In this document: in pieces, positions 44,455 through 58,810 of the stretch
Layout of the letters: the number at the start of each line of letters is the position of its first letter
Position numbering within the stretch: the first letter of the stretch is position 1
From: the human T2T-CHM13v2.0 reference genome, Homo sapiens
Direction: 5' to 3' (one strand)
Length of the DNA: 64,000 nt
Assembly (NCBI RefSeq): GCF_009914755.1
Contig: NC_060928.1
Notes under the pieces: model-generated
Told to the model about the DNA's origin: nothing
Databases searched by the model: none
What the model saw: the letters and a program-made list of their open reading frames with translations, nothing else
Translations under genes and position numbers: made by a program

Positions 44455-44591
44455 TTGAACTAAATGCTAAGAAGCAAGAGAAGCTGAAACAGAGTTTTCA
44501 AAGGGACCTGACTGATTCTGGGGATGAGATTAAGAAAATTTGCCTGAGGGGGAGAAACTTGAGTTGAAACCTGAAGCTTGAATAAGAATGA

Positions 44592-44969
<378 letters not shown>

Positions 44970-44970
<1 letters not shown>

Positions 44971-45014
44971 GATAAAAAGCAGCTTTAACCTCTGTCTTTA
45001 AATTTACAGTTTAA
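44970..45014 (-). pseudogene. MT-TY: Mitochondrial tRNA-Tyr(GTA) partial pseudogene (3' portion)
   Basis: Anticodon loop CTGTAAA on the minus strand (45003-45009), adjacent to tRNA-Cys as in mtDNA. Confidence 0.8.
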
Positions 45015-45642
45015 CCACACCTGGCTAATTTTTTGCATTTTGTACAGACAGGGTTTTACCATATTGCCCAGGCTGGTCTCGAACTCCTGAGTTCAAATGA
45101 TCTACCTGCCTCAGCCTCCCAAAGTGCTAGGTATGAGCCACCATGCCCAGCCAAAATAGAGAGTTTTAGATAGTAAAGAAAGGCTTTCCAGGTGGAACCA
45201 ATAACACCTGAAAAGATCTCAGTTCAGGAATATTCATGTTGTGTTTGTGAAACTGAAAAAAGAGCACCATTTCTGAAGTGTGGTAAACTTTCAGAAGAGG
45301 AAAAATGGGGCTAAAACCTGGGGTTCTATAATAAAAAGTAGTGGGAAACTCCTAAAAAGAGTTAGGGAATCGAGTGATATAATTAAATGCTTATTTTTGC
45401 CACATTATGTATGGATGGGTCTTATAAAGGAGATCCATCAGAGTATTACCATAAAGATTAATTCCATTCCTGAGCAAGGACTCATAGAAATGACTAAAAC
45501 GGTATCTTTAACTAAAATTGGAATGCCCATAAATCTTTGAATTTGTTTTAGTAGTAAATTTGTTCCAGTTTCTATAAAATAAGCATGTATATGATACACA
45601 ACGATCAAGGTATTACAAATTATATTAAAGAATAGATTTTTA

Positions 45643-45920
45643 GGCCAGGCACTGTGGCTCACACCTTTAATCCCAGAAGTTTTGGAGGCTGAGGCAGGCG
45701 GATCACCTAAGTTCAGGAATTCGAGACTAGCCTGGCCAACGTGGTGAAACTCCATCTCTACTAAAAATACAATTAGCCTGGCATGGTGGCGCACGCCTGT
45801 AGTCCAGCTACTTGGGAGACTGAGGCAGGAGAATCACTTGAACTTGGGAGGCGGGGGTTGCAGTGAGCTGAGATCGTGTCACTGCACTCTCACCTGAGTG
45901 ACAGAGAGAGATTCTGAGAA
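45643..45920 (+). mobile_element. AluSx-like with GA-rich tail to ~45995
   Basis: Full dimer; AATAGATTTTT flanks both ends. Confidence 0.93.
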
Positions 45921-46304
45921 AAAGAAAGGAAGAAAGAAAGAAAGAGGAGGGAGGGAGGAAGGAAGGAAGGAGACAGAGAGAAAGAAAGAAGAAAAAAATA
46001 GATTTTTTTAAAGGATAAAATTATGACTCTCATACAAATGTAACACGTCAAATATTTTAACCCGTTAACTGATGATAAAATTAGTAAGATGCTACAACCA
46101 GTTTTAAACATATATAGGCAAAGAAGAAATGCTGAAATTTACAAATAGAGGAACAATGGGTCTATTCACAAGCTATAATCAATTCCATTTTACCTATCAA
46201 ATGTAAAAATATTTGCCCTTTGGGGTATACTGTATCTTGGCTAAGAAATCTTTCTCTAACCTGTAATGCTTTTATTATTTTTTTTAATGTTTCCTCCAAT
46301 CTCT

Positions 46305-46815
46305 TATTTTTGTTTTTTATTTCCATAGGTTTTTAGGGAACTGGTGGTGTTTGGTTACGTAAGTAAGTTCTTTAGTGGTGATTTTTGAGATTTGGTGCAC
46401 CCATCATCCAAGCAGTATACACTGTACATGATTTGTAGTCTTTTATCTACCCCTCTCCCCCGTGCCTCCCCCTACAAAGTCCCCAAAGTCCATTGTATCA
46501 TTCTTATACCTTTATGTCCTCATAGCTTAGCTCCCATTTATGAGTGAGAACATACGATGTTTGGTTTTCCATTCCTGAGTTATTTCACTTAGAATAATAA
46601 TCTCCAATTCCATCCAGGTTGCTGCAAATGCCATTATTTCATTCCTTTTTATGGCTGAGTAGTATTCCATGGTAATTTTTTTATCTACTTCTTGATCGAA
46701 TGGGCACTTGGGCTGGTTCCATATTTTTTCAGTTGTGAATTGTGCTGCTATAACCATGTGTGTACAAGTATCTTTTTCATATAATGACTTCTTTTCCTCT
46801 GGGTAGATACCCAGT
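46305..46815 (-). mobile_element. L1PB 3' fragment
   Basis: ORF 46527-46757 matches the ORF2 C-terminus; L1PB-type 3' UTR. Confidence 0.9.
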
Positions 46816-47822
46816 TGTTACTCCATCATGCTTTTAGAGTTAAATCAACACCAAATTGGTTAAACTGCTTTCAGGTACAAGTAAAGTGTTTCCTACATAT
46901 AATGATTAATTTAATATACTCAAGTTTTAATAAATTAGTGCAAAATCTTTGATGTGTATGAAAAACAGTTTCCACTTTCACAAAGAAACTCATAACTAAA
47001 GAACATTTTATTAATTATACTGAGCCTGTTTTCTCCATTCATTTTTGATAAGTGACACCACTTCTCAGTCCTAACATATAAGGACTCCATTTTAAGACTA
47101 ATGTTGGCTATAAGAAAAATGGAACATTTTCCTATTAGAATTTTAAAAATCTAGGCTATACAGAGAAATTTTATTCTCAATTCTCTAACAAGCCTCAAGT
47201 ATACACTCATGATTCCTTAAGCCAGCCATTCATGCTATGTGGCTCCAGCTTATACTAAAATAAAAACAAAAGCTGACTTATACTTTAAAAATTATTCAGT
47301 AATATAGTCCTGAAATTATCTTTAAATAATCACTCGTAGGTGCACAGTACATAAGAAAGAAAACATAAAGTGGTGATTTCTGAATGAACTCTGACATTGG
47401 GCTCCATAATAATTTATTTCTTATTCATAAATACCTTAAAATCATGTCATTCTTAATTATATGGTACAGAAAGAATGGATATGTTTAAGAAAAAATTCTT
47501 ATGCGTAGAGAGTGTGTCAACTTTCACTAGTAAAATGTTAATGTCATTTAAATATAACAATAAACTATTTAAGAGTTGTATAGTAATAATGAAGTATATG
47601 ACCATTCCCAAAGATGTTTATTACATTAAAATATGAAGACTGTTCCTACTGTAGAACAAGGAGGAGAAGATAAATCTATAAACATAAAAGGAAGAAATGC
47701 TTGTATTTATTATACTTTCCATGTAAACATGTTAAAAGTTTTTATTTTCCTGTGAGACCATTTTACAATCTATAAGTCTTTCTTTGCATGAATGACAAAT
47801 ATTTTTTCTAAGTAATTGTTAT

Positions 47823-48283
47823 TGTTTACCTAAAAGGAAGAAGCCGAGGCAAAATTAATAGTATAGCGTTTATTTGGGCCAAGGCTGAGGATCACAACCT
47901 GGAAGCATAGATTTAAGTTGCCCTTAATATACATTCTGGTTAGTAGCAGTTACAAGTAGATTTTTAAAAGCAAACAAAAGGAGGGGATGAGTAATGGGCT
48001 GATACAAAATTCTTTGTCAAAAATTTTCATTGGTTTATAGAAATAACATTGATTAGTGATTGGCCATCCATTGTTAACTTGCAGGGTGTGGGTTATAGTA
48101 TCCCAGTGTGGCATTATTAGGTTACTTTATAGGTACTTGTAGCAATAGCAAGCCCTTTGGAAGGTGAATGCATAGCTCAGAGTGGGGAGTATGGTGTGAT
48201 AACTGTCTCGTTTTAATGGGTCTCCGGGCCTAATAATTTGAAAGGGCTCACATTCCTCAGATGAAAGTTATTTTCTTTCCTCA
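47823..48283 (-). mobile_element. Solo ERV1 LTR (MER65-like)
   Basis: TG...CA termini; perfect TSD TTAT at 47819-47822 and 48284-48287. Confidence 0.8.
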
Positions 48284-48339
48284 TTATTTTCTTGTTATGG
48301 TCTTACTTTAAATCTCTCTCTTGTTTGTTATTTCAAAAA

Positions 48340-49010
48340 TATTTAGTTATATTTACTTATGTTTTGAGTCAATAATATATACTTTTCAAAATTCAAATGC
48401 TATAAAAGTGAATACAAGAAAAATATAGCTATAAGAACTAGAATATTACTTCTGTGTCTTAGACCTCAATTCTCTTCCCTGCAAGCAATGGAGTTTCATT
48501 TTCTTGTCTGTCTTTACAGAAATATTTTATGCATATGCAAGTAAATATGTACAAATTACATTTATAGATATGTATGTGTATATACATATGTGTATGCATA
48601 CGTGTATATGGATATGTGTGTGTGTATTTATACTTTTACTCAGAAATGATCAGGCCATTTTTAACACTTACAGACATATCCCTTAAGATGAGAGTGCCTA
48701 TCTGATTCATCTGTGTGATCTCCCAACAAGTATATATATATATATATATATATACGTTTGTATATATATATATACTTGTATAAATATATATATATATTCT
48801 GTACTATATTTTGTTTTGGGGTTTTGGTTTTACTTGTTACATAACAGCATTTCTTGTAGTAAATTCCACATCAGTACATAAAACACTTTCTTACCTTCTT
48901 TTATGGTGCTTTAAAATTTCTTCATATATATATGGCATAGTTTTTTCAACCAATCTTCTCTAGATACATATTTGTTTCTAATAGCTTGCTGTTACAATGT
49001 ACATGTGACC
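48340..49010 (-). mobile_element. Old L1ME-type 3' fragment with TA/TG microsatellites
   Basis: TTCCACATCAGTACATA...TTTTCAACCAATC...GCTGTTACAA motifs. Confidence 0.55.
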
Positions 49011-49438
49011 ATCAAAAATATTTCATAATCTTTCCTTCATTTATTAATAACTAACTTCAAATGAGTACTTAGTATAATTTCAGCCCCATGTTCAGAGCTT
49101 TATATACATTATCTCATTCAATTTTCAAACTAACCATGAGAGTTACTTTTTTTTATTTTAGTACTGTTTTTTTATTTAGTACTTTTTTTATTCTCTTTTT
49201 ACGGATGAAGAAAATCTATTTGCCTAAATAGAAAAAATAAATATGTGGAAGATTCAGGATCTGATTTCTGGTCTGTATGTCTTTAAAACTCTTATAAAAG
49301 AAATGAATTACGTACGTATTTGTTGACAATCTATATAGATGTAATGTACTGGTGAGATCACAGATGAATCAGACACATACATTCACCTTAAGGAGCTTAT
49401 TGTCTGCAAGTGTTAAAAGCTTACTCATTTCTGAGTAA
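48636..49438. repeat. Inverted repeat, ~87-bp arms (48636-48722 and 49354-49438)
   Basis: Exact reverse-complement blocks TTACTCAGAAATGA, TTTTAACACTT, CCTTAAG, TCTGATTCATCTGTG in colinear order. Confidence 0.85.
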
Positions 49439-50543
49439 GTCAATTAATTATAGCAGATTTCAATAAAGTGACTGACAGGTCAGTAACAAAGATATATTCT
49501 GTGTATACAAAAATTACAGTTAAAACCATATTCTCAAGTTCAAGTTTTATAATTTAACTAAAGAGTACCATATTTACAAAGAAGTAATTACCACACTTAA
49601 TAAAACTCCAAATCTGCTTCCAGATGTGACCGCAGTAGGGTATAATTTTGAGAGCTAAATTTCAAAGATGACCACTTTTTAGAAATGAACTAGGAAACAT
49701 TTCTCTATTATTAATTACAGCTAGAAATCTTTCAACAGAGGAGAATTTTAAATAAATGTTAATAGATACAATCAATGGCTTAGGAAGAATTCTGAAAATT
49801 GCTAGCTTGTTTCTAAGACAGCAGTTAAATTTGATTACTGGATTTTGAAAATTTCCATGTTTTTTCACTGCCAATTTCCATCAGGGACAAAAATGAAAAG
49901 TGTCAAAAATAACATGAAACAGACATTTCTTCCAAATGTTGGGGTTTGAGTAGGGATGGAAAATGTTATGAAGAAAACTGCTTTCAAATTTCTAGCCTAG
50001 TTTGGAATATTAAAAAAGAAAAAAACTGTAGTTGTAGTAAGAAAAGAAAACACAGTTTGTAGGGAGCCACTTATATCCAAAATGTAGTCTTGGAAGTTAA
50101 ATTACTCCTCTCACTCTAGTTCTGAAGTTGCCCTTGAATTTGCTCAAGACTTCACAGTTTGGCCATCATATTCCTCATCTAATACTCCTGTAATTTGCCT
50201 ACATTAAATAAAAAACTAAGATAGAATTAGCACACAGAAGTATTTTTAATTTTTGGCTTTGAACTGGCAACTGAATCAACAGATATGACTACTAAAATGC
50301 AGAGTTCTTAGCCTCAATCCTGACATTTTGAAACAAAGAACCCCCAAATCTACATTTCGGTAATTCTTATATACTCAAGTTTAGAACCACTGCAGTGACA
50401 GGAAGGAAGGTATAGGGATTATGTTATGACTTCTCTCTTTCTTCACAAGCTCAGAGACAAAAAAATGTGTTAGAAGGTATACTACTTTAAGACTCTGGAA
50501 AAGTGTGTTCTTATCTGGGCTTGCAACTTCCTAGCAGACTGAC

Positions 50544-52814
50544 TGTATTAGTTCATTTTCACGCTGCTGATAAAGACATACCTGAAAGTGAGAAAAAGAG
50601 AGGTTTAATTGGACGTACAGTTCCACATGGCTGAGGAGGCCTCAAAATCATGGCAGGAGGCGAAAGGCATTTCTTACATGGAGGCAGCAAGAGAAAATGA
50701 GGAAGAAGCAAAAGCGGAAACCCTTGACAAACCCATCAGATCTCATGAGACTTATTCATTATCATGAGAATAACACAGGAAAGACTGGTCCCCATGATTC
50801 AATTACCTCCCCCTGGGTCCCTCCCACAACATGTGGAAATTCTGGGAAATACAATTCAATTTGAGATTTGGTGGGAACACAACCAGACCATATCATTCCA
50901 CCCCTGGCCTCTCCAAATCTCATGTCCTCACATTTCAAAACCAACCATGCCTTTCCAATACTCCCCCAAAATCTTAACTCATTTCAGCATTAACCGAAAA
51001 GTTCACAGTCCAAAGTTTCATGTGAGGCAAGGCAAGTCCCTTCTGCCTATGCAAAAATCAAAAGCAAGCTAGTTACTTCCTAGATACAATGAGGGTACAG
51101 GTTTTGGGTATTTGGTAAATACAGCCATTCCAAATGGGAGAAATTGGCCAAAACAAAGAGATTACAGGGCCCATGCAAGTCTGAAATCCAGTGGGGCAGT
51201 CAAACTTTAAAGCTCCAGAATGATCTCCTTTGACTCCAGGCCTCACACCCAGGTCATGCTGATGCAAGAGGTGGGTTCCCATGGTTTTGGGCAGCTCTGC
51301 GTCTGTGGCTTTGCAGGGTACAGCCTCCCTCCCAGCTGCTTTCACAGGCTGTTGTTGAGTGTCTGCAGCTTTTCTAGGTGCATGGTTTAAACTGCTGGCA
51401 GATCTACCATTCTGGGGTCTGGAGGATGGTGGTCTGCTTCTCACAGCTCTACTAGTCAGCTCCCAAGGACTCTGCGTGGAGGCTCTGACCCCACATTTCC
51501 CTTCTGTACTACCCTAGCAGAGGTTCTCCATGAGCACCCCACCCCTGGAGCAAACTTTTACCTTGGCATTTAGGTGTTTCCATACATCTTCTGCAATCTA
51601 GACAGAGGTTCCCAAACCTCAGTTCTTGACTTCTGTGCACCTGAAGGTTCAACACCACATGGAAGCTGCCAAGGCTTGGGGCTTCCACCATCTAAAGCCA
51701 CAGCCTGAGCCCTACGTTGGCCCCTTTCAGCCACAGCTGGAGTGGTTGGGACACAGAGTGCCAAGTCCCTAGGCTGTACAAACCACAGGGACCCTGGGCC
51801 TGGCCAATGAAGCCACTTTTTCCTCCTGGGCCTCCAAGCCTGTGATGGGAGAGGCTGCCATGAAGGTCTCTGACATGGCCTGGAAATATTTCCCCATGGT
51901 CTTGGGAATTAACATTAGACTCCTTGCTACTTATGCAAATTTCTGCAGCCAGCTTGAATTTCTCCACAGAAAATTGGTTTTTCTTTTCTATCACCTAGTC
52001 AGGCACCAGATTTTCTGAACTTTTATACTGTTTCCCTTTTAAAACTGAATGCCTTTAACAGTACCCAAGTCACCTCTTGAATGCTTTGCTGCTTAGAAAT
52101 TGCTTTTGCCAGATACCCTAAATCATCTCTCTCAAGTTCAAATTTCAACAGATCTCTAGGGCAGTGGCAAAATGCCACAAGTGTCTTTGCTAAAACATAA
52201 CAAGAGTCACGTTTGCTCCAGTTCCCAGCAAGTTCCTCATCTCCATCTGTGACCACCTCAGCCTGGATTTTATTGTCCATATCAGTATCAGCATTTTGGG
52301 TAAAGCCATTCAATAAGTCTCTAGGAAGTTCCAAACTTTCTCACATTTTCCTGTATTCTTGTGAGTCCTTCAAACTCTTCCAGTTTCTGCCTGTTACCCA
52401 CTTCCAAAGTTGCTTCCACATTTTCAGGTATATTTTCAGCAACACCTCACTCCTGGTACCAATTTACTGTATTAGTCCGTTTTCATGCTGCTGATAAAGA
52501 CATACCTGAAGGAAAAGAGGTTTAATTGGACTTACAGTTCCACATGGCTACCGAGAGGCCTCAGAATCATGGTGGGAGGCAAAAGGCACTTCTTACATGG
52601 TGGCAGCAAGAGAAAATGAGGAAGAAGCAAAAGTGGAAACCCCTGATAAACCCATCAGATCTCGTGAGACTTATTCACTATCATGAGAATAGCATGGGAA
52701 AGACTGGACCCCATAATTCAATTATCTCCTGCTGGGTCCCTTCCACAACACATGGGAATTCTGGGAAATATAATTCAAGTTGAGATCTGGTGAGCAAACA
52801 GCAATACCATGTCA
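50544..52814 (-). mobile_element. Complete THE1C element (LTR 50544-50894, internal, LTR 52468-52814)
   Basis: Two ~350-bp direct repeats TGTATTAGT...TCA, 1.57-kb THE1-int, TSD CTGAC/CTGAT. Confidence 0.93.
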
Positions 52815-53889
52815 CTGATCTTATATAGGTCATTGACAGTCCTTGAATCCTGGGTTCTGCCTGTGCCATCAGGTTATTGTGGGGTTAAGATAACATATGC
52901 AGATTACTTATCTCCTGCCATAAAGATCCATGACATTAATAGTGTTGATCTCATACTCTCAGAGTAGGTTAGAGTATTCTATTTTAAAAAAACATATCAA
53001 TTTCCATTTCCAACAGAAAGAGGAGTGAATAAAACCAAGGAAGGGAACAGACAATTACTATTTATAAATTTATGGCAGTATTAAATACCAATTTTTTCAT
53101 AATTATTGTGATTCTTAATTTAAATAGTTATTGTGTTACTTTTTAAAGTGGAAACAAAATGTTCAAAAAACCTTTTTCAGCTTTGCTTTCATTGATTAAA
53201 AAAGGCACAAGTTTCATGATACAAAACATTGACTACTTTTTGATATAATTGAATTGCCATCAAGTCCTTGAAAATTTTTTTTTGTTATTGAAGCATGTAT
53301 GCCTTGGAGATTATAGTAGCTCTTGCTTTTTGTTCTAGAAAAAAAGCATAACTTAATTTGAAATGTGTGACTAATATAATTAGGGAATTAATATAACTCC
53401 AACCCCTGGGGAATTAAGTGATTTTCTAGAGACATCCCTAAAGGATACTCACTGAAACAACTCCTGTCTGACATACAAATTACTCTATAAACCAAGGCTA
53501 CAAACTGTCAGAGTGAACAAATAATAAGATGAGTATCTTTAGCTAGTTGCTTAAACTGGTCAAATCACTGAATTTGACAAGTCTGCGAATTGAATAAGCT
53601 TCTTACCATTTCGGGACCTCAAAGATCCTCATGAAAAACTAAGAAACAGGATCAGATGATGAAGGCACTGTCTAGATCAGGGTTCTGTGATGTGCCTGAT
53701 ATCAACATGACCTAAAAATATGGATACTTCAACCAACAATCAAGGGTTGAGAGGAAAAATAGAAAACTCTAGAACGATAAAGAAATGAAAGAAAATTGTG
53801 TAGCCAAAGTACTGCATATTGCTAAAACTGAAGAGAGAGAGAGAGAGAGAGAGAGAAATGTAGCATGCAGTGGGTATAGTATAAGGGCA

Positions 53890-54090
53890 GAGGAGCCTAG
53901 TGGTGGTGAAACATGATGGCTTCAGAGTCAGGTTGCCTCTATTAGAATCCAACTTTCATTCCTAGCCTTTTGGCCTTTGGCAAGTGACTTAACCACTCTG
54001 TGTTTCAGTTTTATTTTCTGTAAAATGGTAATGGCTCCAGACACTGCTTGCCACATAAAAGCACTCGAATGTTAATTATTGTTCATATTA
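53890..54090 (+). mobile_element. MIR
   Basis: GGCAAGTGACTTAACCACTCTGTGTTTCAGTTT..CTGTAAAATGG core. Confidence 0.8.
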
Positions 54091-54499
54091 TTAAACGGAT
54101 CATACAGCTGATGTTCAAAGTGATCCCTGACAGTATCCGACATAATGGGTACTTGACAAATAATCATTGAATTTAATTAGTGAGTGATTGAATGAATCAG
54201 TGTATCTACTACAAACTTTGAAAATAAATTTATATTTGAATTTTTAACACATCTATAATATGATAAAAGACAAAATGTATTTTCTGTTTCTTTTATTGAT
54301 CTGCTTTAGTCTTAGAATTAAATTGTGCGTATATTTCAATATAATTGCTCTTAACCTTATTTTAGGATTGTGTAAATAAAAACTAAAAGATATCAAATAA
54401 GTATTTTAAAATTTTGATGGGTTGGCTTTTTATTTGGCTTTTTATTTTATTTGGCTTTTTAAGGTTAAGCTCATAACCCAAAGGCCTTTCGGTGAATCT

Positions 54500-54855
54500 A
54501 TGACATTTAAAAAGTAGCTGATCAATCAATGTAGAGTGGTTACCACAGACTGAGGAGATGGGAAGGGAAGATGGGGAGGGATTCAATGAGTATGAAGTTA
54601 CAGTCAGATAGGAGAAATAAGTTCTGGTGTTCAATTGCCCAGTAGGGTGCCTATGGATACCAGTAAAGTATTATACAAAATAGCCAGAAAGAGGCTTTTG
54701 AATGTTCTCACCATAAGAAATGATGAGGGCATGAGCTGATGGATTAGCTAACTCTCCTCATTTGATCATGATATAACATACACACATGTCAAAATATCAC
54801 ATGGTACCCTATAAATATGTACAATTACAGTGTCAATTAAAACATGTTAAAAAGA
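54500..54855 (+). mobile_element. L1MA 3' end
   Basis: GTTACAGTCAGATAGGAGAAATAAGTTCTGG...ATAAATATGTACAATTA. Confidence 0.8.
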
Positions 54856-54942
54856 AAATGAAATTAATTAGTCAATGGAGGGTATGTAGACTTGTGATTA
54901 ACCAGGCAGGTTTAAATAATAAATAAATGAGACTACGTTTCA

Positions 54943-55228
54943 TTTTATTTTTGAGATAGTGTCTCGCTCTGTCACCCAGGCTGGAATGCAACACAAGCAT
55001 AGCTCAAGCTTCTGGGCTCAAACAATCCCGCTGCCTCAGTCTCCAGAGCAGCTGGGGCTACCAGTGCACACCACCACACCTGGTTAATTAAAAAAAACAT
55101 TTTTTTTGTAGAGATGGGGTCTCTCACTTTGTTGCCCTGGGTGGTCTCAAGCTCCTGTGCTCAAGTGATCCTCTTGCCTTGGCCTCCCAAAGTGTTGGGT
55201 TTACAGGTGTGAGCCACTGTGCTTAACC
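54943..55228 (-). mobile_element. AluJ with small internal deletion
   Basis: Antisense dimer; AGACT flanks. Confidence 0.88.
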
Positions 55229-56369
55229 TAGACTTTATTTTAAGTCTTATATTTCAGTCTGTATAATTTTGCAGCTGAAATACACTGGTATTGAAGTATA
55301 TAATCAATCTGATTCATGTTGGGACATTTTAATGGAACCCCAGGAAAGGGTTGACTATAATCACATTGCTGCTTGTGGTTTCATTATATAGATATCTGTG
55401 CAATTCAGAAGAGAAACAAGGAAAAATAGAGCTTGCTGCCATCACATTTTTAGTATCCTGGCCACCGCTGTGTGAATGCTGCAGTAACTCTACCATTATA
55501 TGTCACAGTATTATTTAATGACTATGGACTGAATTCATTTAGTATTAAGGGATAAGACTGACAAGGATTCAAAACATGATCTATTTGGCATTAAGAGAAT
55601 ACCAAAAGAACATTGGCATGGCACCTACTACTCCTTTCCAAGGACATAATCAAGAGATAGTTGGAGAACCCACACAACCCACAGTTCCCAGGTGGCTGAA
55701 AAAATAAATGGATCATTATAGCCTAGCAGAGTTTTATGATGTTTGAAACAAACTGTCCATGACTATTTTTTTCAAGTATAGAAACATCTAGGAACTCATT
55801 TTTTGACATTAAAAAAGAGATTTTGGTAAATTATTTTCAAAGGAAGAAAGTAATCCAATGGGAAATGGAGGCAAAATAATTTCTATTGTTTTTTGCTGCT
55901 GCTTCTGCTGTTATTTTTTACTTTGACTAGAAAAAGCAAATGCTTTTATTTGAAATTTAAAGTTACAGTACCCTTACTTTATGTAAGAAGTTATGTAATT
56001 TGGTTACTATACATCTAAGTTTAGCAAAATAGTGGTTCCAATAATTAATAGAAACTTGTTGCACTCTTTGTTAAAGTTAATGTATTTCAGTTTGTTTGCA
56101 CATATATTTCATCATGGTTTGACAATTTTGACAGGCATAACTGATTTTGACACAACCAAATTAAGAGAATGAATATATTTATTTATTTTGAAATCACTTT
56201 GGCATAATTACATGGGCAAACATGATTGAAATAATCTGCAACGGATAAACATATGGCAGTTTAAAAGTGAAAAAGCATACAGTTTTCAGCAAAAAAACCA
56301 TTTTCTGCATAGATATAAAAGTTTCCTTTTCTCTTTAGATCTATTCTATATTCTACAGTTTAATTATTT

Positions 56370-57830
56370 TTCAAATAATAGCTTTATTAAAATGTCATTC
56401 ACATTCCATAACATTTATTAGGTTCTTGAACAGGCATGTGTTTCCATTCCCTTGGCATATATCTAGGAGTGGGTGTTGCTAGATCTTATCAAATGTTAAA
56501 CACTATGTTTATAAGATTTGAAGTGATCAATGAATTGAGATATAAAGTGATTGATTGATATTTAAGAATTTGTGGATTGTTGTTAATTCTTTCAATGTTT
56601 GGTAGAATTCACTTGTGAAGTCATCTAGTCCCGGGCCTTTCTTTGTGGAAAATTTTCTATTATTAATTCAACTTCTCCCTATAAGGCTATTAAGATTTAC
56701 ATTTCTTTTTGAATTAGTTGTGTTAGTTTTTGTCTTCTTAGGAAGTTGTTCATTTCACTTAAGATATCTAATTTTTCCCATACTATTGTTCATACTATTC
56801 TACTTTTTATTTCTGTAAGGTTGGTAGTGATGTTTTGCCTTTTATTCCTAATTTTAGCAATATGAGAGCTTTTTTTGGCAGTCTAGCAAGAGGTTTGTCA
56901 AATTTGTTGATCTTTTCAAGGAACCAAATTTTATTTCTGTTAGTTTTCTCTATTGTTTTTCTTGTCTCTATTTTATTTTCTTTACCTTGAATCTTTATCA
57001 TTTTCTCCAGGCTTTCTTTTGGCTTAGATTTCTCTCCTTTCTTTTGTTATTTAAAGTACAAAGTTAAGTTATTGATTTAAAATTTTTTTCTTCTTTTTTT
57101 TTTTAACAGAGCCACTTACAGCTATACATTTATTTCTAAGCACTGTTTTAGCTGTCTCCCACAAATGTTGTGTTTTGTTTACATTTATTTTAGAGTGTTA
57201 GAAGCTTCTTATGTGAGTTCTTTTTTTGCATATTGATTATTTAAGACTATTGTTTAATTTTACATATTTATGAATTTTGAAAATTTCCTCTGTTACTGAC
57301 TTTGTTCGTTTGTTTGAGACACAGTCTTGCTCTGCCATTCAGGATAGAGTGCAGTGGTGTGATCATGGCTCACTGCAACCTCAAACTCCTGGGCTCAAGA
57401 GATCCTTCACTTCAGCCTCCTGAATAGCTGGGACTACAAGTGCACACCACCATGCCCAGCTAATTAAAAAACATTTTTTTTGTTTGTATACACAAATTAT
57501 TGCTATGTTTCCCAGGCTGGTCTTGAACTCCTGTCATCATGTGGTCCTCCTGCCTCAAACTCCCAATACATTGGGATTACAGGTGGGAGCCACTGCTCCT
57601 GGCTTCTGATTTTTAGTTTCATTTTATTATGTTTATAGAACATACTTTCTTTGATTTTGATCCTTTTAAATGTATTTAACCTCTTTTTCTGTCCTAACAT
57701 AGATTATTTCATGGAGTATAACCTATAGCCCTTCATAAAAGCGCATTATCCTGTTGTGTGCAGTAGTGTATGCACATCTGTTAGGTCTAGTTGGTTTATA
57801 TTGTTTTCCAAGTCTCATATTTTCTCCTAA
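56370..57830 (-). mobile_element. Old L1M ORF2 fragments
   Basis: ORF 56807-57001 WFLEKINKFDKPLARL matches L1 ORF2. Confidence 0.8.
57301..57604 (-). mobile_element. AluJ nested in L1M
   Basis: Antisense dimer; CTGA(C/T)TTT flanks. Confidence 0.88.
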
Positions 57831-58459
57831 GTTAGATATCATGTGTTAAATATAAAAAAAAACAAGAATCACTCTATAGATGTAGTGACTATTATTAAAG
57901 ATGATTTAAAATAAAATTCTTCTAAAACAAAAAAGATACTATATTTAGCAGCAGCTTGGGCAGTCTTTATAAATAATAAATAACTTTGATGTGAATTTGT
58001 TCACATTATCAAGCTAAAGAGTTTGGGTGGCAATTCAGAGGATAGGCAAGAAAAAAAAAGAGGCAAAGTCCACTATAAGCTTGGACTTTCTTACCATTTG
58101 ATCCTGGTCTCTCCTTAAATCTCCTTAAATCCACTGACTTAAGTTTCCTACACCCAGTGATAACCGATTTGTCATATTCTTCCCCAAATAACCTGTTTCA
58201 CCTATCTTTTCACCCAGAGATAAGCAAACATCTTTCACTTCACTCTTTTCTATTCCTTTTCCTACTTTTTACCCCTTTTGCTGTTGTGCATTCTGATTGA
58301 AACTGTGATGGAGTGCCTCTTCCCTCTATTTTGATGACTCTTCTTATAGAAAAATAGATTTCTTACCAACAATTCCCTTCTTGAACTTATTGGAGATGAT
58401 AATGAAAAGATTCATTTCTTATTTGACCCTAACTCTGTTTTTACAGGAAGTCTCTGTCA

Positions 58460-58810
58460 GAAACATGCTACCACATGGAAAGATCTACATGGCAAGGAAC
58501 TGAAAGAATGAAAGAGGACCCCTTCTAATAGCTAGCAAGAGGCTGATTCTGTCAGCCTAATAGCCTGTAAGGAACTAAATCCTGCCAACAACCACGTGTC
58601 TTGAAAATGTATCCTTCCACAGTCTAGCCTCAGATAAGAGTCTACCCCAAACAATAGCTTGGTTGCAACCTTGTGAAAGACACTGAAGCAGAGAACCCAG
58701 TTAAGTCACACCCAGATTTTTGGCCCAGAGAAATTGTGAGATAACGAACATACCTTGTTTTAAGCTGCTAATTTTGTGGGAATCAGTTACACAGCAATAG
58801 AGAACTAAAA
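58460..58810 (+). mobile_element. MLT1D/E-like LTR fragment
   Basis: GGAACTAAATCCTGCCAACAACCAC...GTTACACAGCAATAGA. Confidence 0.7.

Noticed and set aside
51073-52334. Several 60-123 aa minus-strand ORFs
   Set aside because: Fragments of the THE1 internal sequence
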